Part shown: piece after piece, positions 8,024 to 16,428 of the stretch
Numbering within the stretch: position 1 is the first letter of the stretch
How the letters are laid out: every line of letters starts with the position of its first letter
IMG/VR virus record: IMGVR_UViG_3300031519_005527
Coordinates: 1 to 32,105 of that record
Reading direction: 5' to 3' (one strand)
From: a virus
Lineage: Duplodnaviria > Caudoviricetes
DNA: 32,105 bases
Made by a program: the position numbers and the translations under genes
The notes under the pieces: generated by a model
What the model was told of the DNA's origin: nothing
Seen by the model: only the letters and a program-made list of their open reading frames with translations
Database searches by the model: none

Positions 8024-8051
8024 ATTATACTCACCACGCTAAAAATGTCAA
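8024..8051 (-). promoter_or_regulatory. sigma70 promoter
   Basis: TTGACA-16 nt-TATAAT, intergenic. Confidence 0.75.
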
Positions 8052-8069
8052 GTAAAGCGCTGATCTTTA

Positions 8070-8276
8070 TTATATTCCAAAACCACATTTTAGGATCCCC
8101 CCTTTGCCCAACTTCTGAACCAATTTTGCGGAGTACCTGACCTTTTTGCCTTCTTTCGTTAAGACAACTACAACCTTCATCAACTTGTCATACGACAGTA
8201 AGAATCCTGGTCCTTGCCACGGTTGATCATCAGTGAGATGATACTCTTTGTATCTAACAAGATCGCCGACTTTCAT
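8070..8276 (-). CDS. small KOW/SH3-like protein (GDLV family)
   Basis: MKVGDLVRY...GPGFLL...VVVL..EGK; ATGA overlap start. Confidence 0.65.
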   Translation of the reverse strand: MKVGDLVRYKEYHLTDDQPWQGPGFLLSYDKLMKVVVVLTKEGKKVRYSAKLVQKLGKGGILKCGFGI

Positions 8277-8461
8277 TTTATTTCCCGCAAACTCCACAAC
8301 CAATGCTGCTCACGATGCCCATTCGTAAATAGGATCTTGACCTGCTTACCTTTCCAAGACAGTACCACTCCTGGTGTTGTGGTATCCACGAAACTAGACC
8401 AGTGCTTTTCGTCAAGTTTAACGAGCATACCTCTCTTCAGGTCTTTCTTCTTAACCTTCAA
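8273..8461 (-). CDS. small KOW/SH3-like protein
   Basis: Probable TTG start at 8461. LKRGMLVKL...PGVVL...VKILFTNG...HW..SL. Confidence 0.55.
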   Translation of the reverse strand: MKVKKKDLKRGMLVKLDEKHWSSFVDTTTPGVVLSWKGKQVKILFTNGHREQHWLWSLREIK

Positions 8462-8675
8462 TCTTAAATCGCCGTGAGAGATGACGAGCGATCTGATGGC
8501 AGGTGTGTAAATCGACATCTTTAATAGTCTCGTCCTTGTTCGCAATTTCCCTAACTTCAATGAATATTTTCTCGAAGTCATTAACCGCTTCGTCAAATGT
8601 TTTGGTGTCCAAGTTGTCGATAGTATACCCAGAAGTTTCAGATAAAATTACTCCACATTTATCAGAGTGTTCCAT
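8451..8675 (-). CDS. hypothetical protein
   Basis: Start moved to the ATG at 8675 to avoid a 100-nt overlap; predicted helical. Confidence 0.5.
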   Translation of the reverse strand: MEHSDKCGVILSETSGYTIDNLDTKTFDEAVNDFEKIFIEVREIANKDETIKDVDLHTCHQIARHLSRRFKIEG

Positions 8676-8908
8676 CTTCCACTTGTATCCTCTTCCTGTT
8701 CTTTTTTCTTTTCTTGTAAAGGACATTCTTGTTTTGTCAAACTCCATTCTTTAAATGATCTGATGGTTCCTGCGTTAGCACCATTTGACAAAAGAACATT
8801 GTAAAAGTCCTTATTCAAATAACCGACGATCTCACCAAAAACGTTCAAAGGTCTACCCCAAGGATAATCTCTGAGATAGACCTTATCACCGATATTGTAC
8901 TCCCTCAT
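8648..8908 (-). CDS. small KOW/SH3-like protein
   Basis: YNIGDKVYL...GEIVG...YNVLL.NG...WSL. Confidence 0.6.
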   Translation of the reverse strand: MREYNIGDKVYLRDYPWGRPLNVFGEIVGYLNKDFYNVLLSNGANAGTIRSFKEWSLTKQECPLQEKKKEQEEDTSGRWNTLINVE

Positions 8909-8925
8909 ACCCTAAATAGGGTATT

Positions 8926-9363
8926 TTACACTACTTTAACCAATTCAATCTCAAAATTAAGATCTTTTCCTGCCATTGGGTGATTAAAATCTACCGTAAC
9001 AGTCTGATCATCGATCGTGTTGATAACACCCCTTACTGGTTGTGACCCCACCTGCCCTTCGATTACGACGCCAGATTCAAACTGAAATCCTTCTGGAAAG
9101 TGCTCTTTGTTGACCACCTGGATCCCTTCGGGGTTGTGAGTTCCGTACGCTTGGTCGGCCGACAACGAAATGGATTTAGTTTCTCCCATCTTCATTCCCG
9201 AGACAGCACTGTCAAAACCAGGGATCATCTCCCCTGCACCCACAGTAAAACTGATTGGTTCTCCTCTTTCATATGAACTATCAAACGTCGATCCGTCCTT
9301 AAAAGTTCCCTTGTAATGTACCTGGACAGCACGTCCTTCTTTTGCGATTGTTTTCTTTCCCAT
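8926..9363 (-). CDS. FKBP-type peptidyl-prolyl isomerase (SlyD/FkpB-like, with insert-in-flap domain)
   Basis: VHYKG...DGSTFDSS...P..FTVG.GEMIPGFD...AYG...VDFNHPMAGKDLNFEIEL. Confidence 0.95.
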   Translation of the reverse strand: MGKKTIAKEGRAVQVHYKGTFKDGSTFDSSYERGEPISFTVGAGEMIPGFDSAVSGMKMGETKSISLSADQAYGTHNPEGIQVVNKEHFPEGFQFESGVVIEGQVGSQPVRGVINTIDDQTVTVDFNHPMAGKDLNFEIELVKVV

Positions 9364-9425
9364 TTTTACTTCTCCTAACTTGTTTAATGTATCGATCTAT
9401 TCTTCAATGTCACTTCTCTAATTGT

Positions 9426-9986
9426 TCAACTGGACTCTCCTTTTTCGATTATAGAGTGCTTCCAGCACACTGGTTGATAGGATTCTGCTCCGCCGACCAG
9501 GATATCCTTATCTTGTTCGCCGAGTCTCTTTGTGTAATGAGCGTCTCGATCACACTCCGAACACACGGCAGGGCACACGTCTATACTGGTTGCCCAAGGT
9601 AATAAATCCTTTACCTCTCGGAAGGGCATATAACCCGTTGGGTGAGAGGACAGTTGCAGGGTAGACACGAGAATGTTCTTGCCTCGTTTGTACAATTCAA
9701 GACACGCTTTGGCGGATCCTGGGATCATAAACAATTCATCGACTGCTATCACATCTGCTCGCATACCCTGTTCCAATATCTCAGATCCTGATTTTACCAA
9801 TATGGATGTGTGCTCCTGCCCCTTATGCGTAACCACCTTGTTGTATGAATACCTATCGTCAATGTCAGGTTTAAACAAGATGACCTCCTTGTGCTGGTAC
9901 CTATACCTCTCTAGTGCGGCAAGCATTCTGGTTGTCTTGCCTCCGAACATTGGTCCAGTAAATATTTTAAGTTCAGGTGGTTTCAT
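9426..9986 (-). CDS. tdk: thymidine kinase
   Basis: GPMFGGKTT P-loop, FKP.IDDRY, VDE, CxxC, VGGAESY.PVC..H. Confidence 0.95.
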   Translation of the reverse strand: MKPPELKIFTGPMFGGKTTRMLAALERYRYQHKEVILFKPDIDDRYSYNKVVTHKGQEHTSILVKSGSEILEQGMRADVIAVDELFMIPGSAKACLELYKRGKNILVSTLQLSSHPTGYMPFREVKDLLPWATSIDVCPAVCSECDRDAHYTKRLGEQDKDILVGGAESYQPVCWKHSIIEKGESS

Positions 9987-9990
9987 TTCT

Positions 9991-10962
9991 TCAAGTCTCC
10001 AAAATGTCCTTAATCATTTCTTCAATCTCTAAACGAGAAACAGACGCAGTTTGCTGTTCGTCGATGACTAGATCGAATGTTTTCGGGACATACTCGCCCT
10101 CGAAAAGTACGTGTTCGTTTTCTGCAAAAAACCTATAACAGGTTTCGGTCTTGTCTTCTGTCGTAGACATTTCCGACTTGAACTCCTCAAACAGATCTTC
10201 ATGCCGTTCAGGTATATCGTAATCCACCGACTCCTCAAGATACAAATAAGCAGCGATTGCTGTTGCATCCTCGATGTTTGTCGCTGTCCTTGACGTTGAT
10301 GTCGTGTGCGGCCGCTTATAGCAGTCGATCGTAGAGACTGCTGTCACAACGTAAATTGGGGCACCATCATCGGTATCGCCGAGTCTCTCTTCTCTGATCT
10401 TCTCCTCCTCTGCCTCTCGATTATACCTAGCAGCCATCTCTTCGTTTGTCTCTTGGTGAGTAGTGTATTTCTTTACAACACACCCGATGAGCGATGTTTC
10501 AAATCCAATGTGACGTTTCTTGCCCTTGAACATTGCCTTGAACTCGTCCTCTGTGAGAACTTGTGTTGTAACCCAACTGGTTGCCCAGTCTTGGTTGCTT
10601 GCTTCGATAATCTCATAGCAATGGTTTGGAGTAACCAAGCGCTCGTCGTCATCGTCAAGAATAATGTGCTCCCTGGTAGGAGACGAATTGGCGAATGCTT
10701 TCTTGCCTGGTCCTGAATAACAACTAAACATGTCAAGGTTTCCGATGCCTCTTACAGGAACCTCAGAAGACTTATTCATAAAGTTATTTGTTCTGTTGTA
10801 AGTCTTCACAATAGCACCTGGGACAATACCCTTCTCTGTTAGTTCTTTTACATAGTCTTGCCTAACCAAGGTGCTTACTTTTAGGTAAGTCTGGAAGTCA
10901 TTGCTAAATTCTTCACACTGCTTGCGAGTGTGCTTTGGGTTTCCACAATAGGTACACGGCAT
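9991..10962 (-). CDS. hypothetical protein with N-terminal CCHC zinc knuckle
   Basis: CTYCGNPKHTRKQC = CX2CX4HX4C. Confidence 0.7.
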   Translation of the reverse strand: MPCTYCGNPKHTRKQCEEFSNDFQTYLKVSTLVRQDYVKELTEKGIVPGAIVKTYNRTNNFMNKSSEVPVRGIGNLDMFSCYSGPGKKAFANSSPTREHIILDDDDERLVTPNHCYEIIEASNQDWATSWVTTQVLTEDEFKAMFKGKKRHIGFETSLIGCVVKKYTTHQETNEEMAARYNREAEEEKIREERLGDTDDGAPIYVVTAVSTIDCYKRPHTTSTSRTATNIEDATAIAAYLYLEESVDYDIPERHEDLFEEFKSEMSTTEDKTETCYRFFAENEHVLFEGEYVPKTFDLVIDEQQTASVSRLEIEEMIKDILET

Positions 10963-11204
10963 TATCTATTTCTCCTCATTTTTCTCTTTAGATAAGAACC
11001 TACGTCAGAGTCGGGAACTTCGATCTCTTCGAGTCCTTCCTCTTCTTCGGGTTCAATGATATCCCAAAACACATTATCCATATTACTCTTTCCATACAGA
11101 GATGTCAAGTGTTTTTTTAAAGTCGTTTCTGTTCTAAATGGAAAATTGGAAGTTTTGGAATTCCAGTCTCCATTGTCATAATAATAAATTGTTGCCTCAA
11201 TCAT
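10962..11204 (-). CDS. hypothetical protein
   Basis: 80 aa, coupled to both neighbours. Confidence 0.6.
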   Translation of the reverse strand: MIEATIYYYDNGDWNSKTSNFPFRTETTLKKHLTSLYGKSNMDNVFWDIIEPEEEEGLEEIEVPDSDVGSYLKRKMRRNR

Positions 11205-11634
11205 AACTAAAAACCCTAAACATTGTTGTGCCTGAACTTCCTGTTTCTATCTCATAGTCCAAATTAAGACTCTCTACTCTGTCAATAAAATATCTTGTAT
11301 CTAAATCAATGTAAGAGTCAAAAGCAATACTGAACGGTGGTTTGGCAAACTTTTCAAACTTTTCAAATTCACTTACCTGTTCTTCACTCAAGTCCTCTCC
11401 TCTCAGGTCGAGGACTCTCATCTTTCTTTGCTTTGTTCTGTATTTTGTCACCTTTACATATGATATTTTTATCTTTCCAAGATCAACGTGCTCCCAAAAG
11501 TCAGACTTCCTCATGCTTATCATCTTGTGCTTAAATAAGTAAAACCACTTTGTTCTCGTTTGGCGCATTAGGACAGCAACACCGACATCTGTCATTATCA
11601 TGTCGCCCTTCTTGACATTATACTCGTACTTCAT
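11197..11634 (-). CDS. hypothetical protein (KOW-like N-terminus, Smr-like C-terminus)
   Basis: VKKGDMI...G.AVL at the N-terminus; VLDLRG...PFSI...GSSG.. resembles a degenerate Smr LDLHG domain. Confidence 0.5.
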   Translation of the reverse strand: MKYEYNVKKGDMIMTDVGVAVLMRQTRTKWFYLFKHKMISMRKSDFWEHVDLGKIKISYVKVTKYRTKQRKMRVLDLRGEDLSEEQVSEFEKFEKFAKPPFSIAFDSYIDLDTRYFIDRVESLNLDYEIETGSSGTTMFRVFSYD

Positions 11635-11753
11635 CGCTTCGATCTCCAGAAAATATACCCCTGGATTGCTCCTAGTACGATCACCAGCGAGATGTATGTC
11701 TCTTTGTTATCCATTGTCACGACGGATTGCCAATCTATACTATCGAACAGCAT
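11631..11753 (-). CDS. small membrane protein, 40 aa (not in ORF track)
   Basis: MLFDSIDWQSVVTMDNKETYISLVIVLGAIQGYIFWRSKR; its stop overlaps the next ATG (ATGA). Confidence 0.55.
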   Translation of the reverse strand: MLFDSIDWQSVVTMDNKETYISLVIVLGAIQGYIFWRSKR

Positions 11754-11925
11754 GTTGCACAACCTTTATGTCCCCTGACCATACCCATTTCCTCTCTCTC
11801 CCAAATAAGACCTTCAAGTTTCCCACATCGTTTGGTTCTATCAATATAATACCAATTTTCATCAATGGTTTCAACAAAAAATCCTCATCCCAGTGAATGT
11901 ATTCCACCAAATCTCCAGGTTTCAA
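11740..11925 (-). CDS. small KOW/SH3-like protein (GDLV family)
   Basis: MKPGDLVEY...IGIIL...LKVLFG...WV...DI; TTGA overlap. Confidence 0.65.
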   Translation of the reverse strand: MKPGDLVEYIHWDEDFLLKPLMKIGIILIEPNDVGNLKVLFGRERKWVWSGDIKVVQHAVR

Positions 11926-12128
11926 TCTTTATCGACGCCCCACTTAAAATTGTACCAAACTCTTTCGTGAAGATAATATAACACTGTTTTTGTCAAGACC
12001 TCAATCGCACTAAACGCAGCACCGAGTTCGATACTACCAGTCAAAAACCATGCTAAAATGAAAGTATCAACAGTGCCTACAACTCGCCACGTGAATGCTT
12101 TAGCAATATGCCTCTTCTTCTGAACCAT
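11922..12128 (-). CDS. DUF2061 family membrane protein
   Basis: RHIAKAFTWRVVGTVDT...LTG...E..TK..LYYLHERVW...WG. Confidence 0.85.
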   Translation of the reverse strand: MVQKKRHIAKAFTWRVVGTVDTFILAWFLTGSIELGAAFSAIEVLTKTVLYYLHERVWYNFKWGVDKD

Positions 12129-13059
12129 ATATCTGTGCCTCCATATTTAATATTGCTCGGTACCGCAATAGTCCGAGTTCTTTCTTTTTGCACTCCAACA
12201 TCATATCATAGTCTACCCCGTAGTTGTCAACAGGTTTATAGATATAATCCGAATGTGCTTGTACTCTAATCTTTTCGTCTTTCTGTTCTGCACGTCGTGA
12301 TTCCGACAAGTGGACGACTGGTTTGATGCCATGCCAAGTCGAAGCAGCGAGTTGCACTGCTTCGCCCTCGGTTTGACCACCGGTGCAGAACCTGTGGTGA
12401 TGGTAGTCAAACACAATAGGGATATGAATTGCCTTGTGAATGTAATCGTAAAGGTGCTGTGTACTCCACATCGATGCCTTGTCATCGTTCTCAAGCGTCA
12501 CTCGATTCTGTGCATTGGGTGATAACTTGAAGAAGTTACGACACCAGCGTTCTGCAGTACCTGCGAAGTCGCCGCCATAGGTACCACCAACGTGAATATT
12601 GATCTTAGCATAGGGTGTCGCTTCCAATCCCATGAGGTCAAACACCTCAGAGTGAGTCTCAAGTTCCTTGATAGTCTTGTCAACTACATCTTCTCTAGGG
12701 GATCCAAGGACATTGAACGGTCCAGGGTGTGTAGTGATACGATGACTGTTGTACCCTGCAAACTCGCCTGCTTCGTCGAGAGCAAGCGCAATGTTTTCGA
12801 AATCTGGAAGATCTCTAATGTTGTATTCTGAAGACCAAGGGAACAAATCAGACGACAAACGAAAGAACTTGACATCGTTCTCCTCGTTCCACTCCAGTAT
12901 TGTTAAAAGATCACGACAGTTCTGAAGTGCAAGTTCTGAGGCATAAGTGATGCCTCTCTCTTTGAATGTCTTCTTCACCATTGAACGATTAGTGGTAACA
13001 CGTTTGGACTTAGGTAGTCCAGACAAGTTCATATTGATACAAGCGTAACCAAGATTCAT
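12100..13059 (-). CDS. uvsE: UV damage endonuclease (UVDE)
   Basis: LGYACIN, FFRLSS, HPG.F.VL.S, INIHVGG, LENDD, PIVFDYHHH, HLS, AHSDY, MLECK.KE. Confidence 0.95.
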   Translation of the reverse strand: MNLGYACINMNLSGLPKSKRVTTNRSMVKKTFKERGITYASELALQNCRDLLTILEWNEENDVKFFRLSSDLFPWSSEYNIRDLPDFENIALALDEAGEFAGYNSHRITTHPGPFNVLGSPREDVVDKTIKELETHSEVFDLMGLEATPYAKINIHVGGTYGGDFAGTAERWCRNFFKLSPNAQNRVTLENDDKASMWSTQHLYDYIHKAIHIPIVFDYHHHRFCTGGQTEGEAVQLAASTWHGIKPVVHLSESRRAEQKDEKIRVQAHSDYIYKPVDNYGVDYDMMLECKKKELGLLRYRAILNMEAQIYGSEEEAYC

Positions 13060-13088
13060 AATGCGGCCTTTCTTCTCATTGTTTATAG

Positions 13089-13117
13089 AATATAACAGAC
13101 TAATTCTGGAATGTCAA
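13089..13117 (-). promoter_or_regulatory. sigma70 promoter upstream of uvsE
   Basis: TTGACA-17 nt-TATATT with TG extension. Confidence 0.75.
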
Positions 13118-13120
13118 TTG

Positions 13121-13747
13121 TTATTCACCCAAAATCTTTTTCTGAATTGATCTTACTGCCATTCTCTGGAGTCGTGGAAGTTTCTCGTATGTTTCCAATT
13201 CTACGCCTTCCTTTGTCATAAAGGGTCTATTGTTAACTCTAGTCATGAACTCGCCTTCTTGACCCATTGCCAGGTCTCCTTGCATAGCCTTCTTGCCATA
13301 ACCAGGATACTCAGCGTTGTTTGTTCCGATCAGGTGTGCGTCTTTGCCGCCCTTTGGAAACACGATAACAGAGTCCTGGCAGAACTTCTCACCCAGGGCA
13401 GCGATTCTACTCACAAAGTCTGCATCATCATTGATGTTTACGCAGAACAAACTGTTCTCTTTAACCTCTTTCGCCAATGGTGTACCAAACTTCTCTATGT
13501 AAGATCCGTCAACCTTGGTAACACCATACCCAAGACCAAGCAATGTCGCCTTGAGGTCTCGGTTTCTCTCCATGTTATCACCACCAATCACTGCCTTCTC
13601 TGTGCATTGGTCTGATTCGTCTGTATCATCTCTGAACGCTGTGATCACAGCACAGTCGTGCTCTTGGATGTGCTTGTAGACCCTACTTAATCCAGATTCA
13701 TTCACGAACCCTCTCCATTCATTTATAATTTTCTTCATGTCAGTCAT
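13121..13747 (-). CDS. conserved phage protein with IxE/VxE leader, probably virion-associated
   Basis: MKKIINEWRGFVNESGLSR leader; ITAFR...RN..L...L...GY...G.Y.E...E.S...F.QDSV core (DUF3293-like pattern). Confidence 0.55.
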   Translation of the reverse strand: MTDMKKIINEWRGFVNESGLSRVYKHIQEHDCAVITAFRDDTDESDQCTEKAVIGGDNMERNRDLKATLLGLGYGVTKVDGSYIEKFGTPLAKEVKENSLFCVNINDDADFVSRIAALGEKFCQDSVIVFPKGGKDAHLIGTNNAEYPGYGKKAMQGDLAMGQEGEFMTRVNNRPFMTKEGVELETYEKLPRLQRMAVRSIQKKILGE

Positions 13748-13759
13748 TTTTTTCTCCTT

Positions 13760-14674
13760 TTACCACCAACTTTCCTGCCAAACGCAGTGCTTTACAGTCC
13801 CCCATGGACCAAACTTCTTGCATTCTGCAAGAGTGTAAATCTTTAATAATTCTCCGCCAAAGGTAGAGACTCCTGGGTCCAGTGCTTTCTCGTACTGGAA
13901 GTGCCACCACTCTGCACCAAGGTAACTGCCACCTCTCTTAAACGACCTTCGCGACTTGATTGGGTGGAACCCGTGTTTCTTGGCGAGATCTGTAAAGGAA
14001 AAGAGTCTGTCCTCTACTTTTACTTTAGTGTTATTGTAAGTATACCCGAGAACCTCTCTGGTGTCAACACTTTCTTTACTGGTTCTACACCAGACATTCC
14101 ATTCCCTGTCTCCCACTTCCTCAATGACGAACATCTCTTTCTTTGGGTTGTTCATACCGGAGTCGAGTGCCATATCGAACGCAAGTCCCGTATAGTGAAG
14201 AGACTTGGAAGATCTGCTTGCAGACTTCTTGCTGTCTGACAGTGGTCTCTTTGCGCCAGCAGAGGTGATAACACCGCCTAGTGACAATACTTCCTCTCTA
14301 AGGGCGTTGTACGCCTCTGCAGCGTCCTCTCTCAACCTAAAGTGTGCATACCCTTGACTGCCCTTTACTTGGTCTGTGTCCACCTTTATCCACTTCATTT
14401 TATCAGAAGGTTCTTTCGGGTCGGGGTGGTCACCTATCTCAAACTTGAGGTTGACGTCGCCCGATGCCTGTAATGCTTCATTCAACTCCTCCAAAGTACC
14501 CTTGCCCACAATGCCATCTGGGTGCAGGTGAGACGCTTCTTGAAAGTGTTCAACCTGGAGTTCTGTTGCTGTTCCGAAAATCCCGTCGGCGATGCCTGTG
14601 TTGTAACCCAGTGCATTGAGCGCTGACTGTAATTCTTTGACGTCTTCGCCTCTTGATCCCTTCTTGATAATCAT
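13760..14674 (-). CDS. endolysin-like: peptidoglycan-binding domain + M15-family peptidase
   Basis: GSRGEDVKELQ..L..LGY....DGIFG..T...V..FQ....L..DGIVG..T (PG_binding_1); SLHYTGLAFD and EWWH zinc ligands. Start moved to the ATGA overlap. Confidence 0.85.
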   Translation of the reverse strand: MIIKKGSRGEDVKELQSALNALGYNTGIADGIFGTATELQVEHFQEASHLHPDGIVGKGTLEELNEALQASGDVNLKFEIGDHPDPKEPSDKMKWIKVDTDQVKGSQGYAHFRLREDAAEAYNALREEVLSLGGVITSAGAKRPLSDSKKSASRSSKSLHYTGLAFDMALDSGMNNPKKEMFVIEEVGDREWNVWCRTSKESVDTREVLGYTYNNTKVKVEDRLFSFTDLAKKHGFHPIKSRRSFKRGGSYLGAEWWHFQYEKALDPGVSTFGGELLKIYTLAECKKFGPWGTVKHCVWQESWW

Positions 14675-15045
14675 AATGCTGATCTCCCGATGTATTTCAC
14701 CCAAGCAAAACGTGGTCTGGTCTCCAGGTATGTTTCGCTCTGGTCGTTGTCATATGCTTCTCTTTCGAATACATTATTGTAGTACGCATCCTTGCCATTT
14801 CCATATTTGATGTATCCTGCCAAATATGATAATCCGTATAATATCCATTGTAAGCAGAACAAAAGTTCTAATTGCTGCTGAAAATGGATCGTCTCGTGCC
14901 TCTTAGTTTTCTCTGACAACTCTCCTCTGCACCAAACCCATATCGCAAAAGAGTTCGCCCACACATTGATAGGCGCGATCTTCGACAACCAAATTGGAAC
15001 TCTTGAGTTCTCTATGAAGAAAGGTTTTAAAGATTTTAAATTCAT
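14671..15045 (-). CDS. HExxH zincin-like protein
   Basis: RHETIHFQQ...FEREAY; RBS GGAGG before the ATG at 15045. Confidence 0.7.
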   Translation of the reverse strand: MNLKSLKPFFIENSRVPIWLSKIAPINVWANSFAIWVWCRGELSEKTKRHETIHFQQQLELLFCLQWILYGLSYLAGYIKYGNGKDAYYNNVFEREAYDNDQSETYLETRPRFAWVKYIGRSAL

Positions 15046-15287
15046 TTGATTTCCTCCTCTTTTTCGTATGCCCACAACCACTTCTTGTATACCCATCCGA
15101 AACCATGTCGTTGTAACGTTTCAGATCTGAAGTATCCCTCATATTTAGTTCCTGGTATCATCTTTATGTATGCTTTTTCGACCAATCCAGCGTGTTTTTC
15201 CTCAAACCTAATCAACATGCCGATCCATTCATATCTGGGGAAGAGACAGTGATGTACTAAATCCCCTATTTTCAGATCCTTCGCCAT
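15042..15287 (-). CDS. small KOW/SH3-like protein (GDLV family)
   Basis: LKIGDLVHH...IGMLI...GWV..KWL. Confidence 0.65.
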   Translation of the reverse strand: MAKDLKIGDLVHHCLFPRYEWIGMLIRFEEKHAGLVEKAYIKMIPGTKYEGYFRSETLQRHGFGWVYKKWLWAYEKEEEIK

Positions 15288-15412
15288 ATACTAACTAGTG
15301 GCGGCGGATGTGTGCCGGATATCGTATTTCCTGCTCCATGTGATCTTTTAAGTAAAATACGGCGAGAGTAAGTACAAGAGACCACAATACAAGAGAGATG
15401 GTTTCCAGCGTC

Positions 15413-15970
15413 TTATGCGATAGTTTGATAGTTTGTAACCTCCACGACCTTGGACAGTACGTATTTATATTTAGATGCGACGTCTACACGCTTTCTCTTT
15501 TCCGCATCGTCGAAGAGAAACTTCACTCTCCTAAATAACAGTTCGCAGTTTATATAGAATTCTATTGCGCTGACGAGTACACTCACTCCAGTGTACCCTA
15601 AAGATTTAGTCCTACCCGAGAAACAAGTTCTATCCTTGCAGTGATTGCTGAACTCCAACTTCATCTCCGTCTTCGACTTGAAGGACACACCCCTCTGTGC
15701 TTTGTGATCGATCTGAAAGTAGACGTCTTCCAATGCAATAGTGTCAAGTGATCCGAACTCTGCGCTGTAATGTCCTACAAGAGAGTTGAATCCAGCATCA
15801 ATTATACCAACGCCGGTGCCGGCGATAGCAGTTACCGATTCTCCATCCTTCACGGATATTTCTATTTTAGATGCTCCCTGTTCTTCAAAAAGATGATAAG
15901 ACACAAGTTCGAGTGATTTCCGACTTATCAAAAACTCTTCGAAATACTGCACAATAGTATCAGTGTTCAT
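15413..15970 (-). CDS. stand-alone LeuA allosteric-domain-like protein
   Basis: GTGVGIIDAGFNSL...L.D..F.I...S......AIEFYIN resembles the isopropylmalate-synthase regulatory domain pattern G.GNGP.DA...AL. Confidence 0.5.
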   Translation of the reverse strand: MNTDTIVQYFEEFLISRKSLELVSYHLFEEQGASKIEISVKDGESVTAIAGTGVGIIDAGFNSLVGHYSAEFGSLDTIALEDVYFQIDHKAQRGVSFKSKTEMKLEFSNHCKDRTCFSGRTKSLGYTGVSVLVSAIEFYINCELLFRRVKFLFDDAEKRKRVDVASKYKYVLSKVVEVTNYQTIA

Positions 15971-16350
15971 ACTGTTGTCTTTTCAAATCCTGATGATACT
16001 TTGAATAGTTTTCTGACGCCTTTGGTCTTTCTGATCAGTCTCAAGATCGAAGACTTGGCGTCTTCTGGCGAGCGAATCTGACCAGGTAAACTGGGAATGA
16101 ACTTAACCTTAAGTCCTGCAACATATTCTGATTCTGATATCTTTTCATTACTTACCATGATGGTAACAACTGTGACGCTAGGGATAGCGCGAATGTCTGC
16201 CACTATGTCCTCAAGTCCTCGATATCCCGTGCTCGCTCCGGACTCGGCCTGATAACCGAGCATGAGGTAAAACTGATATACGCCCGTCTGTCTTGATCGG
16301 TCTGCCCTTTCTGATATCAGTGAGTCAAAGTATTCTTGTATTTCTTTCAT
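15967..16350 (-). CDS. conserved phage hypothetical protein (ferredoxin-like fold pattern)
   Basis: LISE leader; DIRAIPSVTVV and IRKTKGV duplicated beta-alpha-beta pattern. Confidence 0.6.
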   Translation of the reverse strand: MKEIQEYFDSLISERADRSRQTGVYQFYLMLGYQAESGASTGYRGLEDIVADIRAIPSVTVVTIMVSNEKISESEYVAGLKVKFIPSLPGQIRSPEDAKSSILRLIRKTKGVRKLFKVSSGFEKTTV

Positions 16351-16428
16351 AAATTATCCCAATAGTGTGTTTTAAGTAAATAGTCAAAGAAGAAGAGAAA
16401 GGGGAAGCAAATACTCCTCTATTTCACT

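Noticed and set aside
8735-11996. Intragenic TTGACA hexamers at 8735, 11280 and 11991
   Set aside because: No -10 element at 16-18 nt spacing.
16385-16428. Possible intrinsic terminator
   Set aside because: The stem is imperfect and there is no clean U-tract; cannot be supported by eye.
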